Under the pieces are notes generated by a model that worked only from the letters and a program-made list of their open reading frames with translations, was not told the origin of the DNA and did no database searches. Positions 50,308 through 63,643 of a DNA stretch of 64,000 nt are shown piece after piece (position 1 is the stretch's first letter; each line of letters begins with the position of its first letter). The DNA is from Paraspadella gotoi. Lineage: Eukaryota; Animalia; Chaetognatha. The stretch lies in assembly GCA_051294375.1 (NCBI GenBank), contig CM119265.1:10992379-11056378 (forward strand), written 5' to 3'. The position numbers and the translations under genes are program-made.

Positions 50308-53300
50308 GTTGAAACATAGGTAATAACATGTGTACAGTTCGAAGGTTGAAACGGTTGTGTCTCTCGTGGCTACGGCCACGACGGAAGAAACCCGTTGAAG
50401 CCCGGGACGACGAGACCAATGACCGGAGTTCTGAGGTCATGTGGTCCTTGAGAGAAAAGAGAGAGAGAGTCGAGGTAACTCGGCCTCAGTTATATAATAT
50501 GTATTTTAGTATATATTACATGTACAGTGTGTCCCAATGGTACTGTCAGTTAAGAAAAGCTTACTGCCCTTAAACCAGATCGAAAAACTTTAATTCATTA
50601 TCATGAATATGCGCACGAGTATGGACCATTTTATATTATACTTAAATTTTAAAAAATTAACAGAGCAAACTCCTGTAGTCATAACACAAAGCAATTGGTA
50701 AAAAAAAAAAAGTGATTTTTTTAAAAATGCAGTAATCCTTATTTTTAAAATTATAAACTTACCTTGTTCAATGTTCATTTTACATTTTTAATTGATTTAA
50801 TAATAATTTATTGAATAAATAGCAACCATTTTGTTCTGGCTTAATGCATCACGCATAAAACGGGGTAAAACCGAAAAGGAATGGTTTTAACGTTTACCGC
50901 GTTGGAATTCGCGATTTAAATGTTCTTTTCTTCGTTTTATTAATTTTCCCTGAACAAATTTTTCGTTCGCATACGGCGAATTCAAGAGGATGAAAAGACC
51001 TTTCAACTGGTTACTGAAATTCATAGATATTCATAGATAGGTATGGCCCGCACGAAATGAGAACAGTCAGTCTTCTTGAAAATTCTTTAGAAAGAATTGA
51101 ACTGTTTTTACTTTTAATCATAAATTTTAGATTCTCCGTATATTCTGATGACTGGTTTGACGGCGGCAACTATACCTGCAAAGAGTGCTCACTCTGCTGA
51201 GAGTCTCTCGTGGCAGCATCAACACGCGACCTCTCTCAAAAATTCGTCTCTTCAATAACTACAACACTCTCCTTTCAGGACTAAGCTCTGACGAAAAAAG
51301 TCAGAGGTTTTTTTAATATATTCTTTGACCGGCCAATGTAGATTGATGGCAATATTGCTATTGTTAAGTTTCAAAAAAATCCGACCATAAATATAGAAAA
51401 TATTAACCAAAATCTTTTAATTTCTTTTTAATTAAAAATATCGTGATTCAAACCGGACTATTTCATTTAAACCTGATCATTTTATGTCAAAATCATTATA
51501 AAATGAAAAAATAAAAATAGGACAAGCTCTTCAGACACAAAGCTATCAGAATCGCGAAATTCGAAGTTGCTCATGTAACAGGAACATATAGCAATCCCGT
51601 TTGCAATTTTAAGTTTGTAAACTTTCCCTTTCATTTCTATAGTAAAAATGAGGTTTGAAAATTCTTTGAAGATGAGGAGTGCATTTTCCCTGGCTGGTTT
51701 GATATCAAATCCTTCATCAAATGTGATAAAACGAATAGGACAAGCTCTTCAGATGTAACTCTATCGGAATCCTGCGTTTTTACAACTGATTTCTACCCAA
51801 ATTTCTAGCAATCGCGTTTGCAATTTGGGAAGTCAGATTTGAACGGAACTCTCTATTAAAAAAATGTTGAATCTTTTTTAAATCGAGATTCTCGTCTACA
51901 CGCTTTCCTACCACCACACACAAAATTTCATTCAAATCCATCTGTCAAATCACGAGTAGTTGGTGTTTTTTGCTAAGGTGGGACGGACAAACAGACGGAC
52001 ATTTTATTTGCATAATTTATCATAAATCGATGTTCTGACATGATATAAGCAAATTCCCAACAAGATTGGGGGGGCGGACCGACAAAGTGAATTATAGAGC
52101 CGGAATCTGCTGTAAGTGTCCAATATAAATTGAATGGATAATTTCTTATTCACATACATAAATAAATAGTATTGGCCAATTACATAAATAGCTAACATAA
52201 TTGGATTTATGCACGGAAGTGGGACAGAAAGACCGATACTGAAGTGATATATATATGGAGTTACTCCGCAATTATATACAATTATACATAATAAAATCTT
52301 TAAAAAAAAAAGGATCGTCGTAATTGCATAAGAAAAATCTGGATTAACGACAAATTTTGATACTAAAAAAATCCAATTTGAGAAAATAAAATTAATTTAT
52401 AAACAGAAAGAAAAAGAAGAAAAGAATAAATATAAAGAAAGAATAGAAAGGAAAGAAAGAATAAAAAGGAAAAGAGAAAATAAGAAAGGAAAGAGAGATA
52501 GAAAGGAAAGAAAAATAGAAAGAAAGAAAAAATAGAAAGGAAAGAAAGAATAGAAGGAAAGAAAGAAAAAAAGGAAAGAAAAGAATAGAAGGAAAGAAAG
52601 AATAAAAAGGAAAGAAAAATAGAAAGGAAAGAAAGAATAGAAAGGAAAGAAAGAATAGAAAGGAAAAAAGAATAGAAAGGAAAAAAAGAATAGAAAGGAA
52701 AGAAAGAATAGAAAGTAAAAGAGAAAGAAAAAAGAATAGAAGGGAAAGAAAGAATAGAAAGGAAAGAAAGAAAAAATAAAAATAAAGAGAAAGTGACGAG
52801 AAGAAAGAAAGAAATAAAAACCCGATGTTGTAATAGCAAAATGATAACATGTACGAATGCGATGCCTAATTTTACGAGATCAATCCTAATTCAAGTTTGT
52901 TTTTAGCAGATCCCGACTCTAAAATTCACTTTGTTGGTCCGTCGGTCCGCCCCCTCAATATTGTCAGGCAATCACTTACATCCATGTCAGAACATCGAAT
53001 TATGATAAATTATACAAAAAAACTCATGTCCGTCCGTCCATCTGTCCGTCCCACCTTAGCAAAAAACTCCAATAACTCGTGATTGGGTGGTTGGATTGTC
53101 ATGAAATTTTGTGTGGGTAGGAAAGTGTGTGACGAAGCTTGATATAAAGTTTCGGTGGAAACGTGCAAGTGGAAATGAGTTTAAATGAAAAAAATATGAG
53201 TCACATTTACTTGAATCTTTTTACTTATTTTAACCAATAATTAATCAGAATTGAATAAATAGATTGAGATGAAATTTTGTGTGCAGGTAGGAAAGTGTGT

Positions 53301-54680
53301 GAAGAAGCTAGATATAAAGTTTTGACGGAATTGTGCCAGTGGAAATGAGTTTAAATGGAAAAAACATAAGTCACATTGTATTTATTCTCTTTAGATATTT
53401 ATTTATCCTGAATAAATGTGTGTTAATATAATTAATTAATTTAAAAGAATGATGCAATTACAAAAAAAAATGACTGCAAGTTAAAAGAAGAAGATGCAAG
53501 TTAAAAAGATGATATCAAGTTGAAAAAAATCTTGAAAAGGATCAAGATCGAGGCCGCTTTCGGGCAGTGTAACCAAATATTGATGCGATGTAACCCTAAT
53601 ATGATGCTCGATGAGTAATCAAATGATTGAAGCATGTCGATCGTACAAGTAATATTTGATGCCGACGATAGACAAATATGACTGACTTGTGATGAATAAT
53701 AATGAATTGATGCAGATGAGTAGTCATTCATTGATATGATGATAAATCATCTTCATTGTAACGTGATAGATGCATTCATGAGCCGAGGATAGTATTCATC
53801 TGACGCGAGGAATCACTTATCCGTAAATAAACAAACAGAATGGCGTGTAGAGTCTGAAAAGAGAGAGAGAGAGAAGAATGAGAGAGAGAGAGCAGAGAGA
53901 GAGAGAGGGAGCGAGAGAAAAGAGAATGAGGAGAGAGAGAGGCTGGACAGTTTTCCACGCCAAAACCCGAACGGCAGTATTAGGTCTCTCTGTTTGATAA
54001 TAAAGAATAATCAGAATTTTTTACGGAAAAAAATCCACGAAAAATCTCGGAATGTAAAATTTGGGATTGTGTATTGAGAAAAGAAGCGCGGATATAAATG
54101 GCGATAATAAAAGTTTTTAGAGGAAAAAACGTGCATGAGAGAGGATTGAGATGAGGACAGATGTGAGGTGGATAGAGAGAAAAAGTATCGATATAAAAGG
54201 CAAATTATCCAACCTCTCTCTTATACAAAAATATACTTAGTGAAATATACTCAGTTAACGATGATTCTTTATGTACTTATGTTCTTCTGATTCAAATAAT
54301 AATAATATATCCCGTCATGTTATCGCGTTAATGTAGTCATGTTCCTTGACAATTGTTTTACTCGTTGCCTACGAACGGCCTACGAATATCCAGGTAAGAG
54401 AAAAAAGCGGAATACAGTTGGCTGTGGATAATGAAAATGTTTAAAAGGAAAAAATCATAATCAGATAGAGAGAGAGAGAGGTAGAGAGAAAATTTAAAAG
54501 AACACCTTTACTATGCCCTCTCTGCTTCCTCCTCTATATCACTTTCATCGTTATCCGGATTGTCTCGCAACGGTCTTGGTCGTGATCTCTGGTGCAAGTT
54601 ATTCTAAGTTGTAGTTCATTCGAGAATAGCGATGTGTCGCCGGCGTATTCAACGCACGAGTCTGCAGCATGTCGGTCTCT

Positions 54681-57160
54681 TAGATTGGTTGGCGAGTTCG
54701 CCCATGCGATGTCGCCAGGGCTTTGGCGCATGTCGCCAGTCCCCTCCACTGGCGACTCGCCTAGAGTGATAAAAAGTACGCAAATTAATGAGAAACGCAG
54801 CGAACTCGAGGGTATATGAGCATCACCTTCAGGCTCCTTTTCCCAACCCTAACCCTAAACAAACCTCCCGTTCAACTCTGTGCCTTCTCCCTAACCCCAC
54901 CGCTGCCTGGGCTCGCTCTCGTAGCTATCTCTGCATGCTCTCAACCCTTAACCCTAACCGCCTTTGATGCTCAACCACGGGCCCCTCCCCCAACTGTAAC
55001 CCCTAAACCAATGTCGTTCCCATTCAACTCTGTCTGCTCTCTCCCCATAAACCTAAACCCAGGCTCAGCCTCCCCGTAGACATCTCCGTGCCTCAACCTC
55101 TAGACCCTTAACTCGCCTTTCGATGCATCTAACACGGGCCCCTCCCGCCAACCCTAACCCTAAAGCTATAGCCTTCCCGTTTCAACCTTCATGCTTCTTC
55201 CTAACTAACTCAGGCCCAGCTCCCGTACATTCTCCGTGGCCTCAACCCTAACCCTAACCGCCTTGATGCATCAACCATGGTCCCTCGCGGCAACCATAAC
55301 CTAAACAAGCTCCCGTTCTCAAGATCATGCCTCTTCCCATAACCCTTAACAGGCCCGGACTCCTCTTACATCTTCCGTACCTCAACCCTAACTCTAATGC
55401 CTCTCGATATATAACCCACGGCATCTCTCCCAAACCCTTAACCCCTAATACGGGCCAGCCTCCGTACATCTCCGCTACCTCACACCCTAACCCTAATTGC
55501 CCTCACTTCTCGACATATAACCCAGGGCCTCGTCTCCGCAACCCCATAACCTAGACCGGGCCCAGCCCCTCCTCGTACATCTCTGTCCTCAAACCCTAAC
55601 CCTCAACCGGGCCCTCTGGTCATCAGACAGACACCCTCCCTACCCCTATCCCTAAAGATTGACATTAATAATAAGCCTTAAAATAAACATTAATTAACTC
55701 AACCCTTAACCCTAAATATCTCAACCCTTAACCCTAAACTACTCAACCCTAACCTAAAACTACTCAACCCTACCCTAACTCTACCTAGCTCAACGCTAAC
55801 CCTAAACTCAACTCACCCTAAGCCCTGAAATTGAGTTTATTTGAGGCGAAATCCGCGATAACTAGAACGTAGATGTATCAGTTCAGCAAGTAGCGAAATC
55901 GCTCAAATCGGACTTAGCCATTGAACGCCCTCCCATTTGGCGTTTAGCTGTGAATTACATCATAGCGCGTGTTCATCCGGCGATGTTCGCCTAAATATAA
56001 GACTCAATATAGGGTTAGAGTTGTGAGCTGGTTTAGGGTTAGGGTTGGAGTTAAAGTTAGTAGTATTCAGGGTTAATGTGAGTTGAGTGAGTTTAGTTAG
56101 GCGTTGAGTTAGTTGGGTAGGGTTAAGGGTTAGGGTTGAGTTAAGTAAGTTATTTTCTTAGGCTTAATTATATTATGTCAATTTTAGGGATAAGGGGTAG
56201 GGAGGTGTTGGTTATGACCAAGAGGCCCGCGGTTAGGGTTAAGGGTTGAGGCCACGGAGATTACGGGAGGCTGGGCGCCGCGGTTTAGGGGTTAGTTGGG
56301 GAGAGAGGCCCGTGTGTGTTACTATATCGAAGGCAATTAGGGTTAGGGTCTGAGGTACGAAGATTGTACGGGAGGCGCCTGGGCACCAGTTTAGGGATTG
56401 GGTTGAGAAGAGGCCCGTGGGTTTATATATCGAAGGCAGATGTAGGGTTAGGGTTTGAGGTACGGGAGATGTACTGGGACGGCCGGGCCTGGTTTTAGGG
56501 TAGGGGGAGAGGCATGGAGTTGAACGGTGAGGCTTGGTTTAGGGGTTAGGAGTTGCGCGAGGAGACCATGGTTGATGCATCAAAGGCGGTTAGGGTTACG
56601 GGTTGAGGCACGAGATGGTACGGGAGGCTGGCTCTGATGTTAGTGAGTTGGGGAGAGGCATGGAGTTGAAACGGGAGGCTTAGTTAGGGTTAGGGTTGGG
56701 GGAGTGGGCCCGTGGTTGATGCAATCGACAGGCTGGTCTAGGGTTAGGTGAGAGCAACCGGAGATGTATATGGGAGGCTGAGCCTGGGTTAGGGTTAGGG
56801 GAGAGGCACCGAGTTTGAATGAAGGCTTAGGTTTAGGTTAGGTTTGGAGGGCAGGGGCCCGTGGTTGATGCATCAGAAGACAGTTAGGGTTAGGGTTGAG
56901 GCATGGAAGTGTACCGGAGAGGCCAGGCGCGGGTTAAGGGTTAGGAGAGGCACGAGGTTGCAACGGCGAGGTTTGGTTTAGGTTAGGGTTGGAAAGGAGC
57001 CTGTAGGTGATGCTCATCCCCGTGTTAGCTGCGCTTTTCATGTCATATTTCGCATTATCTCTGATTTTATTCATGCGTTAGTGTCGCCGGAAGTGGGGGA
57101 GCTGCGGACATTCGCCAAGGATGGCGACATGCGCCAATGGAAGGTCGCCAACCAACTAGA
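54681..57160. repeat. ~2.5-kb palindrome built of phased CCCTAACCCTAA / TTAGGGTTAGGG doublets
   Basis: Arms are reverse complements (atgagcatcaccttcaggctccttt / aaaggagcctgtaggtgatgctcat; attgagtttatt / tataagactcaat); centre near 55900-55935. Confidence 0.8.
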
Positions 57161-60100
57161 ACTAGTTATATCCACGTAACGTTTCCCATTGTCATCAAAG
57201 CCGCGTTTTTAGGTCTGTTACCTTGAACATTGTTACGTTGCCACTGCCACGGCCACGAAATCACGGTCAAGTAAGTTATTCTTCAATTTCTCAAAAAAAT
57301 TCCACAAGAAATCTCAGATATTAAATTGTGGGAGATTTGTATTGAAAAAAAAAGCGCGAATAAATGCCGCGGTGATAAATAAAAGTTGTCTTTAGAAGGA
57401 AAAAAAAAAAAATTTTTCAAAAACACGAACGATCACGCATAGAGATCGTAAAGAGGAGAAAGAGACAGAAAGAGAGGAGAGAGAGAGAGAGGAAGAGAAA
57501 ACTGACAGCACGCTGCATAGGCGGAACTCGTTACCTCGTCGCCAATGACGGTGAAATAAAAAAGGACTAAAAAAAATAATTAGAAAGAATTCAAACAAAA
57601 AAAAGAAAGAGATATAATTTAAAGAAATAATAGATGCTGACTGAAGACTCTAAAATTATCACTTTTCTCTCTCGTTTTTAAGGACAAAATTTTCCTTTTT
57701 CAAAATGAGTTTCATCGAGGACGCCAGAGGTGTATTTCCGTCGCGCCTAATCGCACGAGGTTTTGTAATAGAAGTTAAATTTCATTCTTAAAAGTTGCTA
57801 ATAAATCTTTTTTCCAAAATAAAAAGAAAGACAAAAAAAGTTTACAATTTTACAAATTAAAACATTGTTAAAAATTTTTTCCATTTGAAAGTTGTTGTAA
57901 AAGTTATATTTTTATTTGTCAATAATAATATCATCATCATCATAGTACTTTAAAATATCACATTGTTCATATTCGATTCAAGTATTTTTAGTGTGAATTT
58001 CTAACTTATTATGATTTACTTGTGCATTATGCAAAAATCTAAATATAGTTTCCACTATCTTATACTAATGTTGATATGCGTATTACTATGATATAATTAG
58101 TCATATCTGCAGTAATAATTATAATGAAGTGAAATTCAAACAAAAAAATACTTAATCGATATGAATGTTAGGATGATGTTAGAGACGGAGATGAGATGGA
58201 GAGAACGTAAAATTTCTGACGTATGAGTTATTCTTCACTTTTTCATAAAATAAACCGCTCCTCACGAAATCTCTGATGTAAATTTGGGGATAATGGTGAT
58301 AATAAAAAGTCTCTTTGAAGGAAATAAAAATTTAAAAACGAACGATCAACGCAAGAAATCGTAACAGCAGAGAGAGAGAGAGACGAGAGAGACAGGAGAA
58401 GCACAGAGAGAGACAGACAGAGAGAACAAAAGCTGGACAGCTGCGGAGCGGCTGTACATCACTGGCAGAGACTGAATCTCGTTTTTTCTAAAAAAGAAAA
58501 AAATATATATATAATTTAAAGCAAATAACAAGAAAGGCAAAAATATGTTACAATTGTTTATTCAATGATTTCCAATTGTATTCCAATCGCAGCTTGAAAA
58601 GATTTTATTGTTTATTTAGTATTAAATAGACTATTAGCTTCTCATTATAAATATTTTGAGGTGGTTCCCTGGTTTCATTATATTTTTTTAAAAAAATTTT
58701 TGAATTTCATCTCAATATGTAGTTATAGCTGCAATAGGTAAATTAGATTAAAGCATTTTCTATATACTAATTTGGATATTATAAGATCTTTAGTCTATTT
58801 GCATATTGCAGTAAATCATTAATGAAGGGAAATTCAAAACAAAAATACTTAAAGTCCAAATTAATATTGAAAATTATCACAAGGCTATTTCAAGATGAAA
58901 GCCATAGTCTAAATGATTTTAACTTACCTATGAGTCGCTGGGGTGGCGGGTCACCAACACTTTGTAAAACTTTATCTATAATTCATAATAATTTATATTT
59001 CAAAAAAACGGTAAGCTCACAAGCAAACCTATAAATAGCGTAGTATTTTTTATACAAAAAAGTGTGACGCCGACGCGCGACGAGACGACGTCACAAAGAA
59101 GCTGACCCGGCATCAATATCGAGCCTGAACCGGCTTCGCCGGTCATTGCTCGATAAAAATGACGCGAATTGTAAAAATGATGCAAATTGAAAAAATGATG
59201 CGAGTGGAAAAAATGATGCGAGTTAAAAAAAATTTTAAAAATTGTGATTTATCATCTGATTAGCTGATTACCACTTAATTATCGTAGGCAGATCCGACAT
59301 TGTTTGCTCAAACTTGTTTTTAATAAAAACGCACTTCCCACACACAAAATTTCATTCGAATCCATCCATCCATCCAATCACGGGTAATTGGTGTTTTCTG
59401 CTAAGGTGGGACGGACGGACGGAGGGACGGACGGACGGATATTTTTTTTTTGCATAATTGATTATAATTTGACGTTCTAACATGATATAAGTGAGTGCCC
59501 GACAAGATTGAGGGGGCGGACCGACAAAGTGAATTATAGAGTCGGGACATGCTGATAAGCAGATCCGACTAAAAAGAGAGAAAAAGAAAGAAAGCCCCTG
59601 CAGAGCCCAATGAATCAGCGACTGGGGAAAAGAGAGAGCTACATATAATTAAAAGAAAAAAGAGAAAGAAAGAGACATAAAAATATAAGTAGAGCAAATT
59701 TGTTTGTTTTGATAAAACGTGGACATATCGTATTTAATAGACGTCCTCACCCAATTTCAAGGACCTCGATGATGATATTCGATGATGAGAAGCTGTATAT
59801 AAATTTTTAGCTTCATACACCCTAAGTTAATCATCAAAAAGGCGATCTATAAATTGGAACGCCGACGACGACGCCACTTATGTGCAAAACCACAGCAAAA
59901 TCGTCGCTAACGCAAAGCGATTGCGACGATAAAAACGTCATATGAGCATTAACCTGTAAAAATGTTCATGAGGAAAATAATTTCCCAGGCAGTAAACATA
60001 AAGAAGACAACCATCTGAAAACCAAAGAAGTGAAGTGAATGAGACAAATTGGGGTTTAAAAATGATTCTAAGAGTCTTTTTCTCTAAAGCTTAATCTAAG

Positions 60101-60860
60101 TAATAGGATTTCTAAATAGTAAACATACTACATACTAACCATTTCCAAGAGGGATATTTTTCATTTGGATATCTGAAATAAAGCAAAACAGACGGAAGAT
60201 GACCCAGAACCAACCAGATAAAAAGATCTGGTTCGGCCGCTTGCCAAGCCGAATGCCCCGCCGATGACGAGAACGATGTTTTTTTGTTTTGTGTTTTCTT
60301 TTTTTTTCAGGATCTAGAAATACGTCAACATTTATCACCATAGAGACGACAAAATCAAAAACAAAGTCGTGCGCTTGACAAATATTTTTTTTCGATAAAT
60401 GTAACCGAGTAAGTAAATCAATCAAGTGTCAATTACATTGCTTGAGTAATCAAAGCCTGATAATTGATAAAATTCCCAGCCAAATGTCAAAAAACGAACG
60501 AACAAACAAACAAACAAACAAACGACCGAACGAACGAACGTTCGCACGCGCGAAACAAAATTAAAACCTACAGTATGATAGAAAATGAGAATGAAAATGA
60601 GAAGGGAAGGGAGAAGAGATCGTCAGAATGGAGACAGAATTACGGGGAAAACATCAAAACGGTTTACGTTGCCAAATCTTAGTTTTAATTTCGTCACAAG
60701 CCTACTAGACAAAGAAAAGGTCAAAAACCAACTGTTTTGCCAAGTTTCTGACTGGCCAAAAAGAAAGAAAAACTAGTTAAAAGTTGAAAGGCGACGACGA
60801 TGAAATTCGGTTTGAAGAAAAGAAAAAGAGGAAAAAAAAACAAAACACCCAGAGTATTTA

Positions 60861-61731
60861 TCACGCGTTGGTGGGTGATTTTTCCCTGACTCTCGAACCG
60901 GCGGCGCCGGCGGAGGCGGCGCGTGATTCCGCGGCGTCAAGGAACATCGAAGGGATCTTCTCTCCGAAGAAGATCTTATTGTTGGAGGCGATGGCCTCGA
61001 GGCGTTTGAGTTCGAGATACTCTGCCGTCAGCAGGAGTTTGTTCGACTCCGCCTGCTTCTCGATGGCGTAGAAGTCGGCATCGGCGCGCGCGCGCATGCG
61101 TGCTGAAAGGATAAGAGAGATGAAAAGTGAAGACAAGATTTGAAAAAATTATTTAATTAAAAAAAATAGACTGCCTCAAGAATATAAAAAAAATGTACAC
61201 TGCTTCGAACTTGTTTCCGACTTGATTGAGTTAGAATTTTAACATAGCAGTCTTTTTTTCTTCCCACCTTCACCAAACACGTCCATCACGAAAAGACTTA
61301 CCCAAGTGAGTCTCGTCCTCGATGAGCGACATCTTCTGCATAGATTCTTTTTCGACGATCTTTGCGTCGTATTGAATTCGATTCACTTGCGCCGCCTTCT
61401 CCGCCTCGATCACCGCCTTCTTCCGCTCCGTCTCCGCCTCCTTCTCCACCACCTTGTCAAGTTAAGATTCAAGGGCGTTTGTCAACCGATTGTTTAAAAT
61501 ACAAACAACCCCCTCCGTCTCACTTTCTGCTTTTGTTGTGCGATCAAAAGCTTCGACTTCTCCGCCTCCATAAGTTCGAAGTTTTTCCTAATGGACTCGG
61601 GGATTTTTGGTTTGGTGACGCGAACCGCTTGCACTTGGAGACCCGGCGCCATTTTCGTCAGGTCTTCTTGCAGAGCCTGCTTCAAATTTTCGTCGATTTT
61701 GTCGAATAAATCGATGTAGACTTCTTGCAAA
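60861..61731 (-). CDS. ERLIN: Erlin (ER lipid raft-associated SPFH protein), last three coding exons 61731-61524, 61452-61302, 61102-60861; 5' exons not seen in the window
   Basis: [109 protein letters not shown] is highly characteristic of Erlin-1/2; canonical splice sites in phase. Confidence 0.95.
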
Positions 61732-62279
61732 CTATCGAGGAAAAGGGAGAAAAATAATGTTCCTTTTATTAGAAATCTACTATGTAATTAAATTCAATAG
61801 GGGCGGGGGTTCAATTAATGCTTTTATTTTTGCATTCAAAATTACATTATTACTATATATTATGAAATTGGTACAACCAATATAAAAATTATCCATTCAT
61901 TTAATAAATAAGCTATTTGCCCCTTACTTTGGACAGGCTTTGGTGGTTTAAGGCCTCCATCACTCTTACAAGATAATGACATAGCAGGTCCCTGCAAGCT
62001 TTCAATCAGACTCTCTCACAGTCTCGTTTATTCACTCCCAGAGTACCAGGCATAATATTTCAAAGAATGTTTTAATAGTTGATGATATAATGATAAAAAA
62101 AAATTTTTAATCAATCTTAACTTTTTTTGATGGATTCTGATAGAGCACAAAAAGTTAAATGAACAAGTTTGAGCAAACAATGTCGATCTGCCCACGATAA
62201 TTAAGCGGTAATCAGCTCAATAAATAAAAAATAAATAAATAAATACTGTCGTAGAAATAATTACAAATAAAATAAAAAT

Positions 62280-62316
62280 AATTTTCTTCAACTATTATTA
62301 TTATTATTTTTTCAAC

Positions 62317-62374
<58 letters not shown>

Positions 62375-62540
62375 TTTTCAACTATTATTATTATTATTAT
62401 TATTATTTTTTCAACTATTATTATTATTATTATTATTATTTTTTTTTCAACTATTATTATTATTATTATTTTTTAAACTATTATTATTATTATTATTATT
62501 ATTTTTTAAACTATTATTATTATTATTATTTTTTTTTTTT
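62280..62540 (+). repeat. (TAT)n microsatellite punctuated by ttttttcaac
   Basis: Directly visible. Confidence 0.9.
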
Positions 62541-63300
62541 CAACTTGCATCTTTTTTACAACTTGCATCTTTTCAACTTGCATCTTTTTTCAACTTGCAT
62601 CATTCTTTCAACTTGCATCATTCTTCACCTGCATCATTCTTTCAACTTGCATCATTCTTTCAACTTGCATCATTCTTTCAACTTGCATCATTCTTTCAAC
62701 TTGCATCATTCTTTCAACTTGCATCATTCTTTCAACTTGCATCATTCTTTCAACTTGCCATCATTCTTATCAACTTGCATCATTCTTTTCAACTTGCATC
62801 ATTCTTTTCAACTTGCATCATTCTTTCAACTTGCATCATTCTTTCAACTTGCATCATTCTTTCAACTTGCATCATTCTTTCACGCATCATTTTCATGCAT
62901 CATTCTTTCAACTTGCATCATTCTTTCAACTTGCATCATTCTTTCAACTTGCATCATTCTTTCAACTTGCATCATTCTTTCAACTTGCATCATTCTTTCA
63001 ACTTGCATCATTCTTTCAACTTGCATCATTCTTTCAACTTGCATCATTCTTTCAACTTGCATCATTCTTTCAACTTGCATCATTCTTTCAACTTGCATCA
63101 TTCTTCAAACTTGCATCATTCTTTCAACTTGCATCATTCTTTCAACTTGCATCATTTCATTGCCTCATCTCAACTTGCATCATTCTTTCAACTTGCATCA
63201 TTCTTTCAACTTGCATCATTCTTTCAACTTGCATCATTCTTTCAACTTGCATCATTCTTTCAACTTGCAACAAGCTTTAACTTGCATCATTTTTTCAATA
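62541..63300 (+). repeat. 19-bp minisatellite (TTCAACTTGCATCATTCTT)n, roughly 38 copies, inside a HINE
   Basis: Directly visible; short arrays of related units at 53445-53530 and 59170-59225 (minus). Confidence 0.95.
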
Positions 63301-63451
63301 TGCATAATTTTTTTATCTTACTTATTAATTAATTAAAACATTCATGAGTAGGCATAAATAATTAAAATTTAAGTCACTTAACTTTGGTTTTTTCCATGCA
63401 AACTCATCACGATTCCGACGAAACTTTATATCCTGCTCAATCATACTTTTA

Positions 63452-63643
63452 TGGTGGACTAAAATCCACCAACCGTTCATCAGCGGCCATTGGTGCCGGA
63501 GGCAAGTCATTCGCCTCCCAACCCAAAGGTCCGGGGTTCTAGCCCGGTGGTCGTCTGGTCAGTTAAGAGGGACGGGGCGCTTAACCCGCCTGTAACATGG
63601 TGCTTACAGCCTGATCCGAAGCTCAGGGACTGCTTACATTGAA
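63452..63643 (+). mobile_element. tRNA-derived SINE copy (3' part absent)
   Basis: Near-identical to 17911-18100. Confidence 0.75.

Larger units (their letters stand above)
46285..50488 (-). mobile_element. Complete short Gypsy-type LTR element, copy 2, with interrupted 5' LTR
   Basis: LTRs 46285-46542 and 47670-50488 (split by two MITEs), TG..CA ends, PBS, PPT, 4-bp TSD GTTA on both sides; ~1.1-kb internal region without a recognisable pol. Confidence 0.85.

Noticed and set aside
54840-55600. CRISPR-like repeat-spacer appearance
   Set aside because: The repeats are telomeric hexamer doublets, the spacers recur periodically instead of being unique, the context is eukaryotic and no cas genes are present
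54681-57160. Telomere-telomere fusion scar
   Set aside because: Orientation is CCCTAA then TTAGGG, the reverse of a fusion, and the repeats are regularly interrupted
62545-63336. Long ORFs (263, 245, 155 aa)
   Set aside because: Stop-free translations of the 19-bp minisatellite in several frames
63483-63553. Functional tRNA-Gly gene
   Set aside because: The anticodon stem does not pair and the sequence is embedded in a multi-copy SINE with shared flanks
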